Positions 53,574-61,579 of a DNA stretch of 64,000 nucleotides are shown in pieces; the stretch's first letter is position 1, and each line of letters starts with the position of its first letter. Made by a program: the position numbers and the translations under genes. Under the pieces are notes generated by a model. That model saw only the letters and a list, made by a program, of their open reading frames with translations. It made no database searches and was not told the DNA's origin. The stretch is from Dehalococcoidia bacterium (lineage in GTDB: Bacteria; Chloroflexota; Dehalococcoidia; Lucifugimonadales; JADFKI01): assembly GCA_965243355.1 (NCBI GenBank), contig OZ251547.1:1815475-1879474 (forward strand), in the 5' to 3' direction.

Positions 53574-53981
53574 TCACGGCTGTAGGGGTGCGATGTCAAG
53601 GGGGTTGGGGCGGTGTTGCCAGCCGCGGGCGGTGGCGATGGTTCTCAGTTCGTCTGCGGCATATCTGGTCATTCCTCTGGTGAGCGCGGTGAAGTCTATT
53701 AGCGTGTGCTCAGGGAAGGGGGCAGGGTCGGGGGTGACTGCGAGGTCTAGCGATTCACATTCGGCTACGGTGACCGCTAGTACTCCTACGGCGTTTTGGC
53801 CGAGGCCCGGGGGAGAGCCGGTGTAGTGTTCGTAGGCGTCTTGGGGGGTGATTTGGTCGCCGTCATATACGGATAGGCGGCCGTTGTCTTTTCGGGTGGG
53901 CTTGAAAACTTGGGATGTGGGATTGCCGTCTTTCATAAATGACGGGCTGACCATCCGATAGAGCAGGGTGTCCGGGGTCAT
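53574..53981 (-). CDS. Hypothetical protein (135 aa), downstream member of a coupled pair; candidate toxin/effector
   Basis: ATG 53981 overlaps the upstream stop as ATGA. MTPDTLLYRMVSPSF...GRLSVYDG...VAECESL. I recognise no family. Confidence 0.55.
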   Translation of the reverse strand: MTPDTLLYRMVSPSFMKDGNPTSQVFKPTRKDNGRLSVYDGDQITPQDAYEHYTGSPPGLGQNAVGVLAVTVAECESLDLAVTPDPAPFPEHTLIDFTALTRGMTRYAADELRTIATARGWQHRPNPLDIAPLQP

Positions 53982-54610
53982 CCGGCTCGCTCCAGAGTCT
54001 CGAGGATTTTGGCTGCCATCCAAGTCCACGCGCTAGGGTCGTCCAAATTGAGGGTCTCTTCTTCCTCAAAGGTTTTGGTTCTTCTTTTGAATCGTATCCA
54101 GTCCGCTTGGCGGGCGTTTAGGTCGATTTCAATCTCGATGTAGAATTGCCCTATCGACCATTCGCATTGGACGCCGCCGTCGAAGGTGGGGTAGGTGTGT
54201 GGCAGCGGGATGTCGGCGGGGTATCCGCGTTGGAATGCGTGGGAGAGCCAGTCTAGGCCGCTGTGGGACGGGGCTTTGCCGTCGCCCTCGTACCAGCCGT
54301 CTTGCATATTGCGAAATTCGTCTAGGGAGGCGTGGAAGTCTAGCGGATGGAGTATGGCGACGCGCTCTACCGATTTTAGGGCGAGCGGGCGGTCTTTGGG
54401 GTCAGGGTTGCCCGCGCCGTCAACTACGCCCTCAATTAGGACGCGGGTGGCGTTTTTGTGGCCGTTGAGGGCTTTTAGGAAGGCGGCGTAGCATTGGTCA
54501 GGGATGGGGCCGGATATTTTGTTGTGGCCGTGAATGGGCTGAAGTTTGAAGGTCATATTGGCTTGGTTGAGTTCGGTTATTTCGCCGCGGATGGCGATTT
54601 TTTTGGACAT
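53978..54610 (-). CDS. Hypothetical protein (210 aa), upstream member of a coupled pair; candidate antitoxin/immunity
   Basis: AGGAG RBS before ATG 54610. C-terminal pattern DGWYEGDGKAP...PTFDGGVQCEWSIGQFYIEIEID. I recognise no family. Confidence 0.55.
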   Translation of the reverse strand: MSKKIAIRGEITELNQANMTFKLQPIHGHNKISGPIPDQCYAAFLKALNGHKNATRVLIEGVVDGAGNPDPKDRPLALKSVERVAILHPLDFHASLDEFRNMQDGWYEGDGKAPSHSGLDWLSHAFQRGYPADIPLPHTYPTFDGGVQCEWSIGQFYIEIEIDLNARQADWIRFKRRTKTFEEEETLNLDDPSAWTWMAAKILETLERAG

Positions 54611-54657
54611 TCCCCGCTCCTGTCTAGCCATATTGAGATGATGGGGGTATAGGTGGG

Positions 54658-54686
54658 ATTTTAGGCGGGAAGGTGCGGTTTGTAAA
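54658..54686 (-). promoter_or_regulatory. Candidate sigma70 promoter of the two-gene pair
   Basis: Minus strand TTTACA (54681-54686), 17 nt spacer, TAAAAT (54658-54663), about 45 nt upstream of ATG 54610. Confidence 0.5.
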
Positions 54687-54775
54687 GGGGTGGAGGCGTA
54701 GGTGGTAGCGTTGTATCTGAGGGTGAGGGGATTGGAGCGTGGCGCCGTTATGGATATGCTACCACGCTTGCGCGT

Positions 54776-55480
54776 TTAGGGTAACGCGATGAATAGCCAA
54801 TCATCGATAAATAACCATGGGTCGTCGTACATCACCAGGGAGTCGACGTCTGATGATTTGACGCTGAAGCAGATGTTTCCGCTTAGCTCGCCGCTTTGGA
54901 ATAGATCGCGGGAGCTTTCAAACTCGTTTGGTATCACGCCGCAGCTCGTATCAAACTGCGTGTATTCAACATTTGAGTCGCCTACAGCGCGCAAACGAAA
55001 ACCAGCGTCGAAGTTTTTGGGTTCAGGGTTGTTGTTCTTAGCCTTGATTTGCACCAAAAAGTATTGATGCCCCTCAGGTGGAGAACTGTTGAATTGGTTT
55101 TCATCCAGGACTATTTGTGTAGCGTCGTGAACAACTTCTTCTATCCACAACGAAAATCCGTCGGCGGTAATAATTTGGTCGCCAAACGGGATTGGGTTGT
55201 CTCGGGTCTCGCCTAGAGGCGCGGCTGTTGGGGTTCTGGTTGGGGATCCAATTGAGCCTGTTGATGCGCCAGGCTCGCTGTCACTGCCTGACGATACCAG
55301 CACAATGATCAACACGAATGGCGCTATGATTGAGCCGAGGTAGATTCCCCATGATGCGCCATCGGTTTTCTTGGAGATCGCGCCGCCTATCATCACGAAC
55401 AGCCCCACGAATACGAATGTGAGCAGTCCGCACATCGCCGCGAGAAAGCGCCATTTCCTGGTTTCGTTCTCGGATGCCAT
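54776..55480 (-). CDS. Membrane-anchored DUF4352-like protein
   Basis: N-terminal TM helices. C-terminal NPIPFGDQIITADGFSLWIEEVVHDATQIVL...ELSGNICFSVKSSDVDSLVMY is paralogous to the next gene. Lower GC. Confidence 0.7.
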   Translation of the reverse strand: MASENETRKWRFLAAMCGLLTFVFVGLFVMIGGAISKKTDGASWGIYLGSIIAPFVLIIVLVSSGSDSEPGASTGSIGSPTRTPTAAPLGETRDNPIPFGDQIITADGFSLWIEEVVHDATQIVLDENQFNSSPPEGHQYFLVQIKAKNNNPEPKNFDAGFRLRAVGDSNVEYTQFDTSCGVIPNEFESSRDLFQSGELSGNICFSVKSSDVDSLVMYDDPWLFIDDWLFIALP

Positions 55481-55587
55481 TGTCGTACGTCCTTTTCGCT
55501 GAGGACGGGCGTGAACTTATTACGCCCGTCGGTTGTTCCAGAGTGGTTGGAGCGTGGCAGCATAGAACTGCCGCCACGCTTGTGTGC

Positions 55588-56412
55588 CTAGCGTAACGCG
55601 ATGAAGATATAATCGCTGCCATACTGGTAATACATCACCAGAGAGCCGGCGTCTGATGACTTGACGGTGAAGCAGATATTGCCGCTCAGTTCACCGCCTC
55701 CGAATATATTACGGGAGATGTCAAAACTGTCCGGTATGGTTCTGTAGTCGCAGCCCGTGTCGTATTCGAGGTTTGTATTTCCGACAAGATTCAGCGTATA
55801 AACGGGAAATCTTGCAGGCGTGTCACTTCCGTTCCTGACCTTGATTCTCACCAAGACATATTGGTTGCCGTCAGTCCGAGGATCGTTGCTTGGGCGCAGG
55901 CGTTCACCCAAGATTATCTGCGTAGCGTCCTCAACAACTTCTTCCAGCCACATGGAAAATCCGTCGTTGGTAATAATCTCCTCTCCAAACGGGATTGGAT
56001 TGCCTCTGGTCGCGCCCGGCGGCACAGGTGTTGGACTGGGCGTCGCGGTTGGGATAGGCGTGGCAGTGGGTAGAGGCGTGGAAGTGGGAAGTGGCGTATG
56101 TGTTGGGATTGGCGTATTCGTGGGGGCCGGAGTATGAGTTGAGGTCGGCAGGGGCGTGAACGTGGGGATAGGCGTGTAAGTTGGTTGCGGAGTGTAAGTA
56201 GGCTGAGGGGTGTAGGTCGGCGCTGGGATATAGGTCGCCGTGGGTTCAGGCGTAGAGGTCGGCGGCGCAGGTGTGTAGGTTGGCGCTAGAGTGGCAAGCG
56301 CGATTGCGGGTTCAGGGGTGTATGTTGGAAGGGGTTCGGGGGCGGTTCCGCCGCAGGCTGTGATGATGGTTATGGCAAGTGTTGTGCAAAGCGCTACGAT
56401 GTTTCTCAGCAT
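55588..56412 (-). CDS. Lipoprotein with Pro/Thr-rich linker and DUF4352-like domain
   Basis: Lipobox IITAC after MLRNIVALCTTLAIT (ATG 56412, GAGGGGG RBS). Long TYTPQPTYTPQPTYTP linker. C-terminal domain is paralogous to 54776..55480. Confidence 0.7.
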   Translation of the reverse strand: MLRNIVALCTTLAITIITACGGTAPEPLPTYTPEPAIALATLAPTYTPAPPTSTPEPTATYIPAPTYTPQPTYTPQPTYTPIPTFTPLPTSTHTPAPTNTPIPTHTPLPTSTPLPTATPIPTATPSPTPVPPGATRGNPIPFGEEIITNDGFSMWLEEVVEDATQIILGERLRPSNDPRTDGNQYVLVRIKVRNGSDTPARFPVYTLNLVGNTNLEYDTGCDYRTIPDSFDISRNIFGGGELSGNICFTVKSSDAGSLVMYYQYGSDYIFIALR

Positions 56413-56678
56413 TGCAAAGCCCCCTCGTGGAATTGGGATCGCATCCGTTCCAGGGAGCTTGCCCACGCCTGTCAGCGTCCACTCAGGGGCGTAGCGATAC
56501 GCCCCTAAGCGTTGACAGGACACAGGACACAAGTTTAGGTATGTTTTGCGAATGGGCAAATGGGCGGCGCGCGAGGCGCAGTCCGTTTGCTCCCTGGAAC
56601 GAATACAGGTTACCATATGGGGTAGAGTTTGTGCAAAGATAGGTCCGCGAGATGCGGTTAGCGAGTGAAGGATGGGAT

Positions 56679-57836
56679 ATGCTGGATTATTTTGGGGTTA
56701 TGGATGGGGTGACGGGGGAGGAGCGGCAGGCGCAGGGGGCGGCTAGGGCGTTTGTGGAGGGGGAGGTGATGGGGAGGGTGGCGGAGTGGTGGGAGAGGGG
56801 GGAGTTTCCGCGGGAGATGATACCCAAACTGGGGGAGATGGGGTTTTTGGGGGCGAATTTGCCGGAGAGGTATGGGGCGAGCGGGGTGAGTAGCGCGGCG
56901 TATGGGCTGATTATGTATGAGTTGGAGCGGGGGGATAGCGGGTTTCGGAGTTTTGCGAGCGTGCAGGGGGCGCTTGTGATGTATCCGATTTTCAGGTATG
57001 GGTCGGAGGAGCAGCGGCGGGAGTATCTTCCCAAGATGGCGGCGGGGGAGGTGGTGGGGTGTTTTGGGCTGACGGAGCATGACGGCGGGTCGGATCCGGG
57101 GGCTATGAAGACTAGGGCGCGCAGGGATGGGGAGTCGTTTGTGTTGTCGGGGGTGAAGATGTGGATTACTAACGGGGGTATCGCGGATGTGGCGGTGGTG
57201 TGGGCTAAGGATGATGATGGCGTTGTGCGGGGGTTTATCGTGCCGACTGATTCGCCGGGGTTTCGGGCGAATGCGATTAGGCGGAAGATGAGTATGCGGG
57301 CGTCTGTGACTAGCGAGTTGGTTATGGATGAGGTGCGGGTTGCGGCGTCTCAGATGTTGCCGGAGGCGCGGGGGTTGTCGGCGCCGTTGTCGTGTTTGAC
57401 GCAGGCGCGGTATGGGATCGCGTGGGGGGCGCTGGGGGCGCTGGAGGCGGTGTATGAGGATGCGCTGGGGTTTTCGCAGGCGCGGGGGACTTTCGGCAAG
57501 CCGATTGCGGCTAGGCAGCTGGTGCAGGGGAAGTTGGTGGATATGGTTACGGATCATACGAATGGGCTGCTGTTGGCGCGTCGGTTGGCGGAGTTGAAGG
57601 ATGCGGGGGTTATGTCGCATACGCATGTGTCTATGGCGAAGCGGCAGAATGTGCGGGCGGCGCTGACGGCGGCTCGGAGCGCGCGGGAGATTTTGGGGGG
57701 GAGCGGGATTACGCTGGATCATCCGGCGATTAGGCATATGCTTAATTTGGAGACGGTGGATACTTATGAGGGGACGTATGATATTCATACGTTGATACTG
57801 GGAAGGGATATTACGGGGCATAATGCGCTGGTGTGA
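56679..57836 (+). CDS. Acyl-CoA dehydrogenase (glutaryl-CoA dehydrogenase-like)
   Basis: GCFGLTEHDGGSDPGAMKTRA and YEGTYDIHTLILGR motifs. Confidence 0.85.
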   Translation: MLDYFGVMDGVTGEERQAQGAARAFVEGEVMGRVAEWWERGEFPREMIPKLGEMGFLGANLPERYGASGVSSAAYGLIMYELERGDSGFRSFASVQGALVMYPIFRYGSEEQRREYLPKMAAGEVVGCFGLTEHDGGSDPGAMKTRARRDGESFVLSGVKMWITNGGIADVAVVWAKDDDGVVRGFIVPTDSPGFRANAIRRKMSMRASVTSELVMDEVRVAASQMLPEARGLSAPLSCLTQARYGIAWGALGALEAVYEDALGFSQARGTFGKPIAARQLVQGKLVDMVTDHTNGLLLARRLAELKDAGVMSHTHVSMAKRQNVRAALTAARSAREILGGSGITLDHPAIRHMLNLETVDTYEGTYDIHTLILGRDITGHNALV

Positions 57837-57870
57837 GCGTGGGGGCGCGACGAAAGAAAGTAGGGGGGAC

Positions 57871-57906
57871 GCTACTTTTGAAAAAGTAGGCAAAACTTTT
57901 TGGGGG
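57871..57906 (+). repeat. AT-rich dyad element, copy 9
   Basis: gctacttttgaaaaagtaggcaaaactttttggggg. Lies between the tandem plus-strand genes 57836/57996. Confidence 0.9.
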
Positions 57907-57995
57907 AGGGCGCAAGGGACAAGATTAAGGGAATGATATGGGCGCGGGGTTCAAGCGGCGGCGATGATAAGAGATGCAAAGCAGAGGGGGACGCA

Positions 57996-58520
57996 ATGAT
58001 AAGGAGTTTGGGCGGGGTTTCGCCGAAGATACACGAGACGGCGTTTGTGAGCGAGTTCGCTTATGTGGTGGGGGATGTTGAGATTGGGGAGGGATCGAGT
58101 GTGTGGCCGGGGGCGATTGTGCGGGGGGATATGGGGAAGATTACCATCGGCAAGCATACGAATGTGCAGGATAATTCGGCGGTTCACGGGGATGCTGATG
58201 TTGAGATTGGGGATTATGTGACTATCGGGCATAAGGTTTTGTGCCACGCTAGGCGGGTGGGGGATGGGTGTGTGCTGGGGAATGGGGCGATTGTGAATGA
58301 TGGGGTTGAGATTGGGGAGTATAGTCTGGTGGCGTCGGGGACTATGCTGGTGGATAATGTGAAGATACCGGCGCGGTCGCTGGTGGTGGGGTCGCCGGGG
58401 AAGGCGATACGGGAGGTGAGCGAGCGGCATTTGGCGCGGATGAGGTGGTATTGCGATGTGTATATGGAGAAGACTGCGCGGTATAAGGCGGAGGGGAATT
58501 TGGAGAGTGCGCGGGAGTAG
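57996..58520 (+). CDS. Gamma-carbonic-anhydrase-like / hexapeptide-repeat (LbH) protein
   Basis: SPKIHETAFVSEFAYVVGDVEIGEGSSVWPGAIVRGD left-handed beta-helix repeats. GAGGGGG RBS before ATG 57996. Confidence 0.8.
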   Translation: MIRSLGGVSPKIHETAFVSEFAYVVGDVEIGEGSSVWPGAIVRGDMGKITIGKHTNVQDNSAVHGDADVEIGDYVTIGHKVLCHARRVGDGCVLGNGAIVNDGVEIGEYSLVASGTMLVDNVKIPARSLVVGSPGKAIREVSERHLARMRWYCDVYMEKTARYKAEGNLESARE

Positions 58521-58597
58521 GCGGGGGCAAGGCGGCTGAGTGGCAAGGCGGGTAGGCGGCAGTCGGGGCTGCCGCCGCTTTCGCAATGTGGGGTGGG

Positions 58598-60277
58598 TTA
58601 TTCGCGGTGCATTGTTTGGGGGGCGTCCATAATCATTAGGGATAGGCAGCGGGCTAGGGTGATTTGGGTTGCCTCGGCTAGTTTTAGGCGGGCTTTGGTT
58701 AGGGCTGCCTCTTCTTGGGCGGCGGATACTACGCGGCAGTTTTGGTAGAAGAGGTGGAAGGCGGTGGCGAGTTCGTAGGCGTAGTGTGGGAGGTGGTGCG
58801 CCTCGAGGCTGCGCGCCATCATGTCTATGATTTCGGGTAGGGCGAGCATTTTGCGTATGAGGGCGAGTTCGGCGGGGTGTGTTAGCGGGGTTAGGTCGGC
58901 GTCTGCGTGGTTTATGTTGCGGTCGGCGGCTAGGCGGAGGATGCTTGCGATGCGGGCGTGGGCGTATTGGATGTAATAGACGGGGTTTTCTTGGGATTGG
59001 CGCTTGGCGAGGTCTAGGTCGAATTCCATTTGGCTGTTGGCGTCGCGGGATAGGAAGAAGTAGCGGCAGGCGTCCGCGCCGACTTCGTCTATGACTTCGC
59101 GGAGGGTGATGATGTCGCCGGAGCGTTTGGATATGCGGACGATTTCGCCGCCGCGTTTTAGGGTTACGAGCTGGTTGATGATTAGGGTTAGCTTGTCTTG
59201 GGGCAAGCCTAGCGCGGCTATCATGGCTTTCATAAATGGCGCGTGGCCTTGGTGGTCGGCGCCCCAGATGTTGATGACTTTGTGGAATTTGCGCTCGAAG
59301 AATTTGTTGTAGTGGTAGGCGACGTCGGAGGCGAAGTAGGTGGGGATGCCGTTGGCGCGGATCATCACTTTGTCTTTTTCGTCGCCTAGGGCGGTGGAGG
59401 CGAACCAGGTGGCGCCGTCGCGCCGGGCGATGTAGCCGCGTTGGTTGAGCAGGTCTAGGGCGCGTTGGAATTGGCCGTTTTGGAATAGGGTCGCCTCGTT
59501 GAACCATTCGTCGAATTGGACGCGGAGGAGGGCGACGTCTTGGCGGATGCGGGACATAAATTTGTTTAGGCCGATTGCGCCGAGTGTCTCAATCGCGGCT
59601 TGTTGGGGGTAATCAAGCAGCGCATCGCCTTGCTCGGCGTGGATTTCGGCGGCGAGGTCTATCATATATTCGCCTTGGTAGCCGTCGGGGGGAAGTAGGA
59701 CGGTGATGCCGCATTGTTGTTGGTAGCGTGCGTAGAGGGTGTTTTGGAAGTGGCCGATTTGGGCGCCGGCGTCGTTGAAGTAGTATTCGCGGGTGACTTG
59801 GTAGCCGGCGGCTTGGAGGATGTTGGCGAGGGCGCTGCCGAGGACGCCGCCGCGGGCGTGGGCGATGTGTAGGGGGCCGACGGGGTTGGCGCTGACGAAT
59901 TCGATTTGGATGGGTTGGTCGTTGCCGATGTCTAGGTTGCCGAAGGCGGGGCCGGCGGATCTTATGGCGTCCACTTGGTTTAGTAGCCAGTTTTGTTGGA
60001 GGGCGAAGTTGATGAAGCCGGGGGGCGCGACGGTTGCGTTGGCGAGCAGGTCGCCGGGGGGGATGCGCGTGGCTATGGCGTCGGCGATGCGAAGGGGGGG
60101 CATTCGCATTGGGCGGGCGAGTTTGAGGGGTAGGCTGGTGGCGAAGTCGCCGTGGTCGGGGTTTTGGGGGCGCTCGATGGGGATGTCGTCGATGGGGACG
60201 TCGGGGAGGGCTTGTTCGCGCTGGGCGGTGATTAGGGCTTGTTGGGTGATTTGGGCGATGTGGTGTTTTGTTAGCAT
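58598..60277 (-). CDS. argS: Arginyl-tRNA synthetase
   Basis: ANPVGPLHIAHARGG class I motif and a C-terminal DALR-type anticodon-binding domain. ATG 60277 follows a GGAG RBS. Confidence 0.92.
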   Translation of the reverse strand: MLTKHHIAQITQQALITAQREQALPDVPIDDIPIERPQNPDHGDFATSLPLKLARPMRMPPLRIADAIATRIPPGDLLANATVAPPGFINFALQQNWLLNQVDAIRSAGPAFGNLDIGNDQPIQIEFVSANPVGPLHIAHARGGVLGSALANILQAAGYQVTREYYFNDAGAQIGHFQNTLYARYQQQCGITVLLPPDGYQGEYMIDLAAEIHAEQGDALLDYPQQAAIETLGAIGLNKFMSRIRQDVALLRVQFDEWFNEATLFQNGQFQRALDLLNQRGYIARRDGATWFASTALGDEKDKVMIRANGIPTYFASDVAYHYNKFFERKFHKVINIWGADHQGHAPFMKAMIAALGLPQDKLTLIINQLVTLKRGGEIVRISKRSGDIITLREVIDEVGADACRYFFLSRDANSQMEFDLDLAKRQSQENPVYYIQYAHARIASILRLAADRNINHADADLTPLTHPAELALIRKMLALPEIIDMMARSLEAHHLPHYAYELATAFHLFYQNCRVVSAAQEEAALTKARLKLAEATQITLARCLSLMIMDAPQTMHRE

Positions 60278-60373
60278 GGGGTTGCTCCGGGGATGGTATG
60301 GGGATAAAAGATAAAGATACCAGAGGAGGCGGGGGCGCGCCACTATATTGATGGGGTTGGAAACGAGGGGGAC

Positions 60374-60410
60374 GCTACTTTTGAAAAAGTAGGCAAAACT
60401 TTTTGTGGGT
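60374..60410 (+). repeat. AT-rich dyad element, copy 10
   Basis: gctacttttgaaaaagtaggcaaaactttttgtgggt. Lies about 95 nt upstream of the argS start (minus strand). Confidence 0.9.
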
Positions 60411-60472
60411 GTTTAGAGGCGGGCTTGTTGGGATGATAATCGGTAGGAAGTCAAAGGGGGGATTGTATTGGG

Positions 60473-61573
60473 CTAGTTTAGGGTTATGCAGGGGCGGATT
60501 TTTGCTAGGGTTTTTTCGCCGATGCCTTTGATGTCGGTTAGTTGGTCTGGGTGGGTGAATGTGGTGATGGTTTGGCGGTGGTTTAGGATGCGTTGGGCTA
60601 GGGTTTCGCCGATGCCGGGGAGGGTTTGTAGGGCTTGGGCGTCGGCGGTGTTGATGTTGATGATGGGAGTGGGGCAGGTTTCTGATGACGTCGTGCGGGC
60701 TTGGCCGGGGGGGCGCCAGCCGGCGGCTTGGGCGTCTTGTTCGGTGCAGAACCAGCGCTCGCCTTGGGTTGGGTCTATGTGGGTGCGGGCGTAGTAGGGG
60801 CTGTCGGGGGTGTGATAGACGCGGTTGCCGTTGGAGGAGATGTTGCCTTTGATGCGGCAGTCGGGGTTACGGGTAGGGGTAGGCGCGGGGGTTGCAGACG
60901 ACGTAGGTAGGGGAGTTGCGGTTGATACGGGCGTTGCGACCGGAGTAGATGGCGGGGTTGTAGATGGCGTAGGGGTTGCGGGCGTTTCCGACGGGTTAGC
61001 CGCCAGAGTTTCGGATGGTATAGACGCCGAAATTGCGGGCGGCGCGGGGTTTATGGATGGATTAGGGGTGGGTGTTTCGGATGGCGCGGGCGCGGTGGTT
61101 GTTTGGGTTGCGGTAGCGGGGATTTGGGCTAGGGTTATGGCGATTGTGGGCGTTAGGGCTGGCGCAGGCGTTTGCGTAGCGGTAGGCGTGGGGGTTAGCG
61201 CTGGGATGCGCGTGGCCGTAGATGTTGGGATGCGCGTGGGGGATGCGGTTGGAGCGGGCGCGGGTATGGTAGGGAGCGGCGCTGCGGTGGTTGCGCTTGG
61301 CGTTGGTATATGGGATTGTAGGGTAGCGAGGTTTGCAAGCGGCGGCGGCGTAGTGGTTGCGTTGGCCGGCGGTGTGGGGGTTGGAGGTTGGAGGTCGGAT
61401 AGTAGGATGATTGTGAAGGTGGGGGTTGGTTGTGGGATGATAGGGGTAGTAGCAGGGTTGGTTTGGGTGATGGGGGCGGGTATGGGGGTAGGGGGCGTGG
61501 GCGCGCCGCCGCATCCGATTAGGGCTAGGGCGCATAGCAGTAGGATGCTTGCTAGGGATAGGGCGGCGCGCAT
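60473..61573 (-). CDS. ComEA-like lipoprotein with long Pro/Thr-rich linker and C-terminal helix-hairpin-helix DNA-binding domain
   Basis: Lipobox LIGCGG. About 200 aa of PT-rich linker. INTADAQALQTLPGIGETLAQRIL and IKGIGEKTLAKI HhH motifs. Confidence 0.7.
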   Translation of the reverse strand: MRAALSLASILLLCALALIGCGGAPTPPTPIPAPITQTNPATTPIIPQPTPTFTIILLSDLQPPTPTPPANATTTPPPLANLATLQSHIPTPSATTAAPLPTIPAPAPTASPTRIPTSTATRIPALTPTPTATQTPAPALTPTIAITLAQIPATATQTTTAPAPSETPTPNPSINPAPPAISASIPSETLAANPSETPATPTPSTTPPSTPVATPVSTATPLPTSSATPAPTPTRNPDCRIKGNISSNGNRVYHTPDSPYYARTHIDPTQGERWFCTEQDAQAAGWRPPGQARTTSSETCPTPIININTADAQALQTLPGIGETLAQRILNHRQTITTFTHPDQLTDIKGIGEKTLAKIRPCITLN

Positions 61574-61579
61574 ATTCGG

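Noticed and set aside
56658-57893. 411 aa minus-strand ORF
   Set aside because: Antisense to the acyl-CoA dehydrogenase gene; Pro/Arg/His-rich.
57951-59507. 518 aa minus-strand ORF overlapping argS in another frame
   Set aside because: Pro/Arg-rich junk. argS in the neighbouring frame has the class I synthetase motifs.
60278-60472. Possible T-box upstream of argS
   Set aside because: No GGUGGUACCGCG-like motif and no terminator/antiterminator pair. The spacer holds dyad element copy 10 instead.
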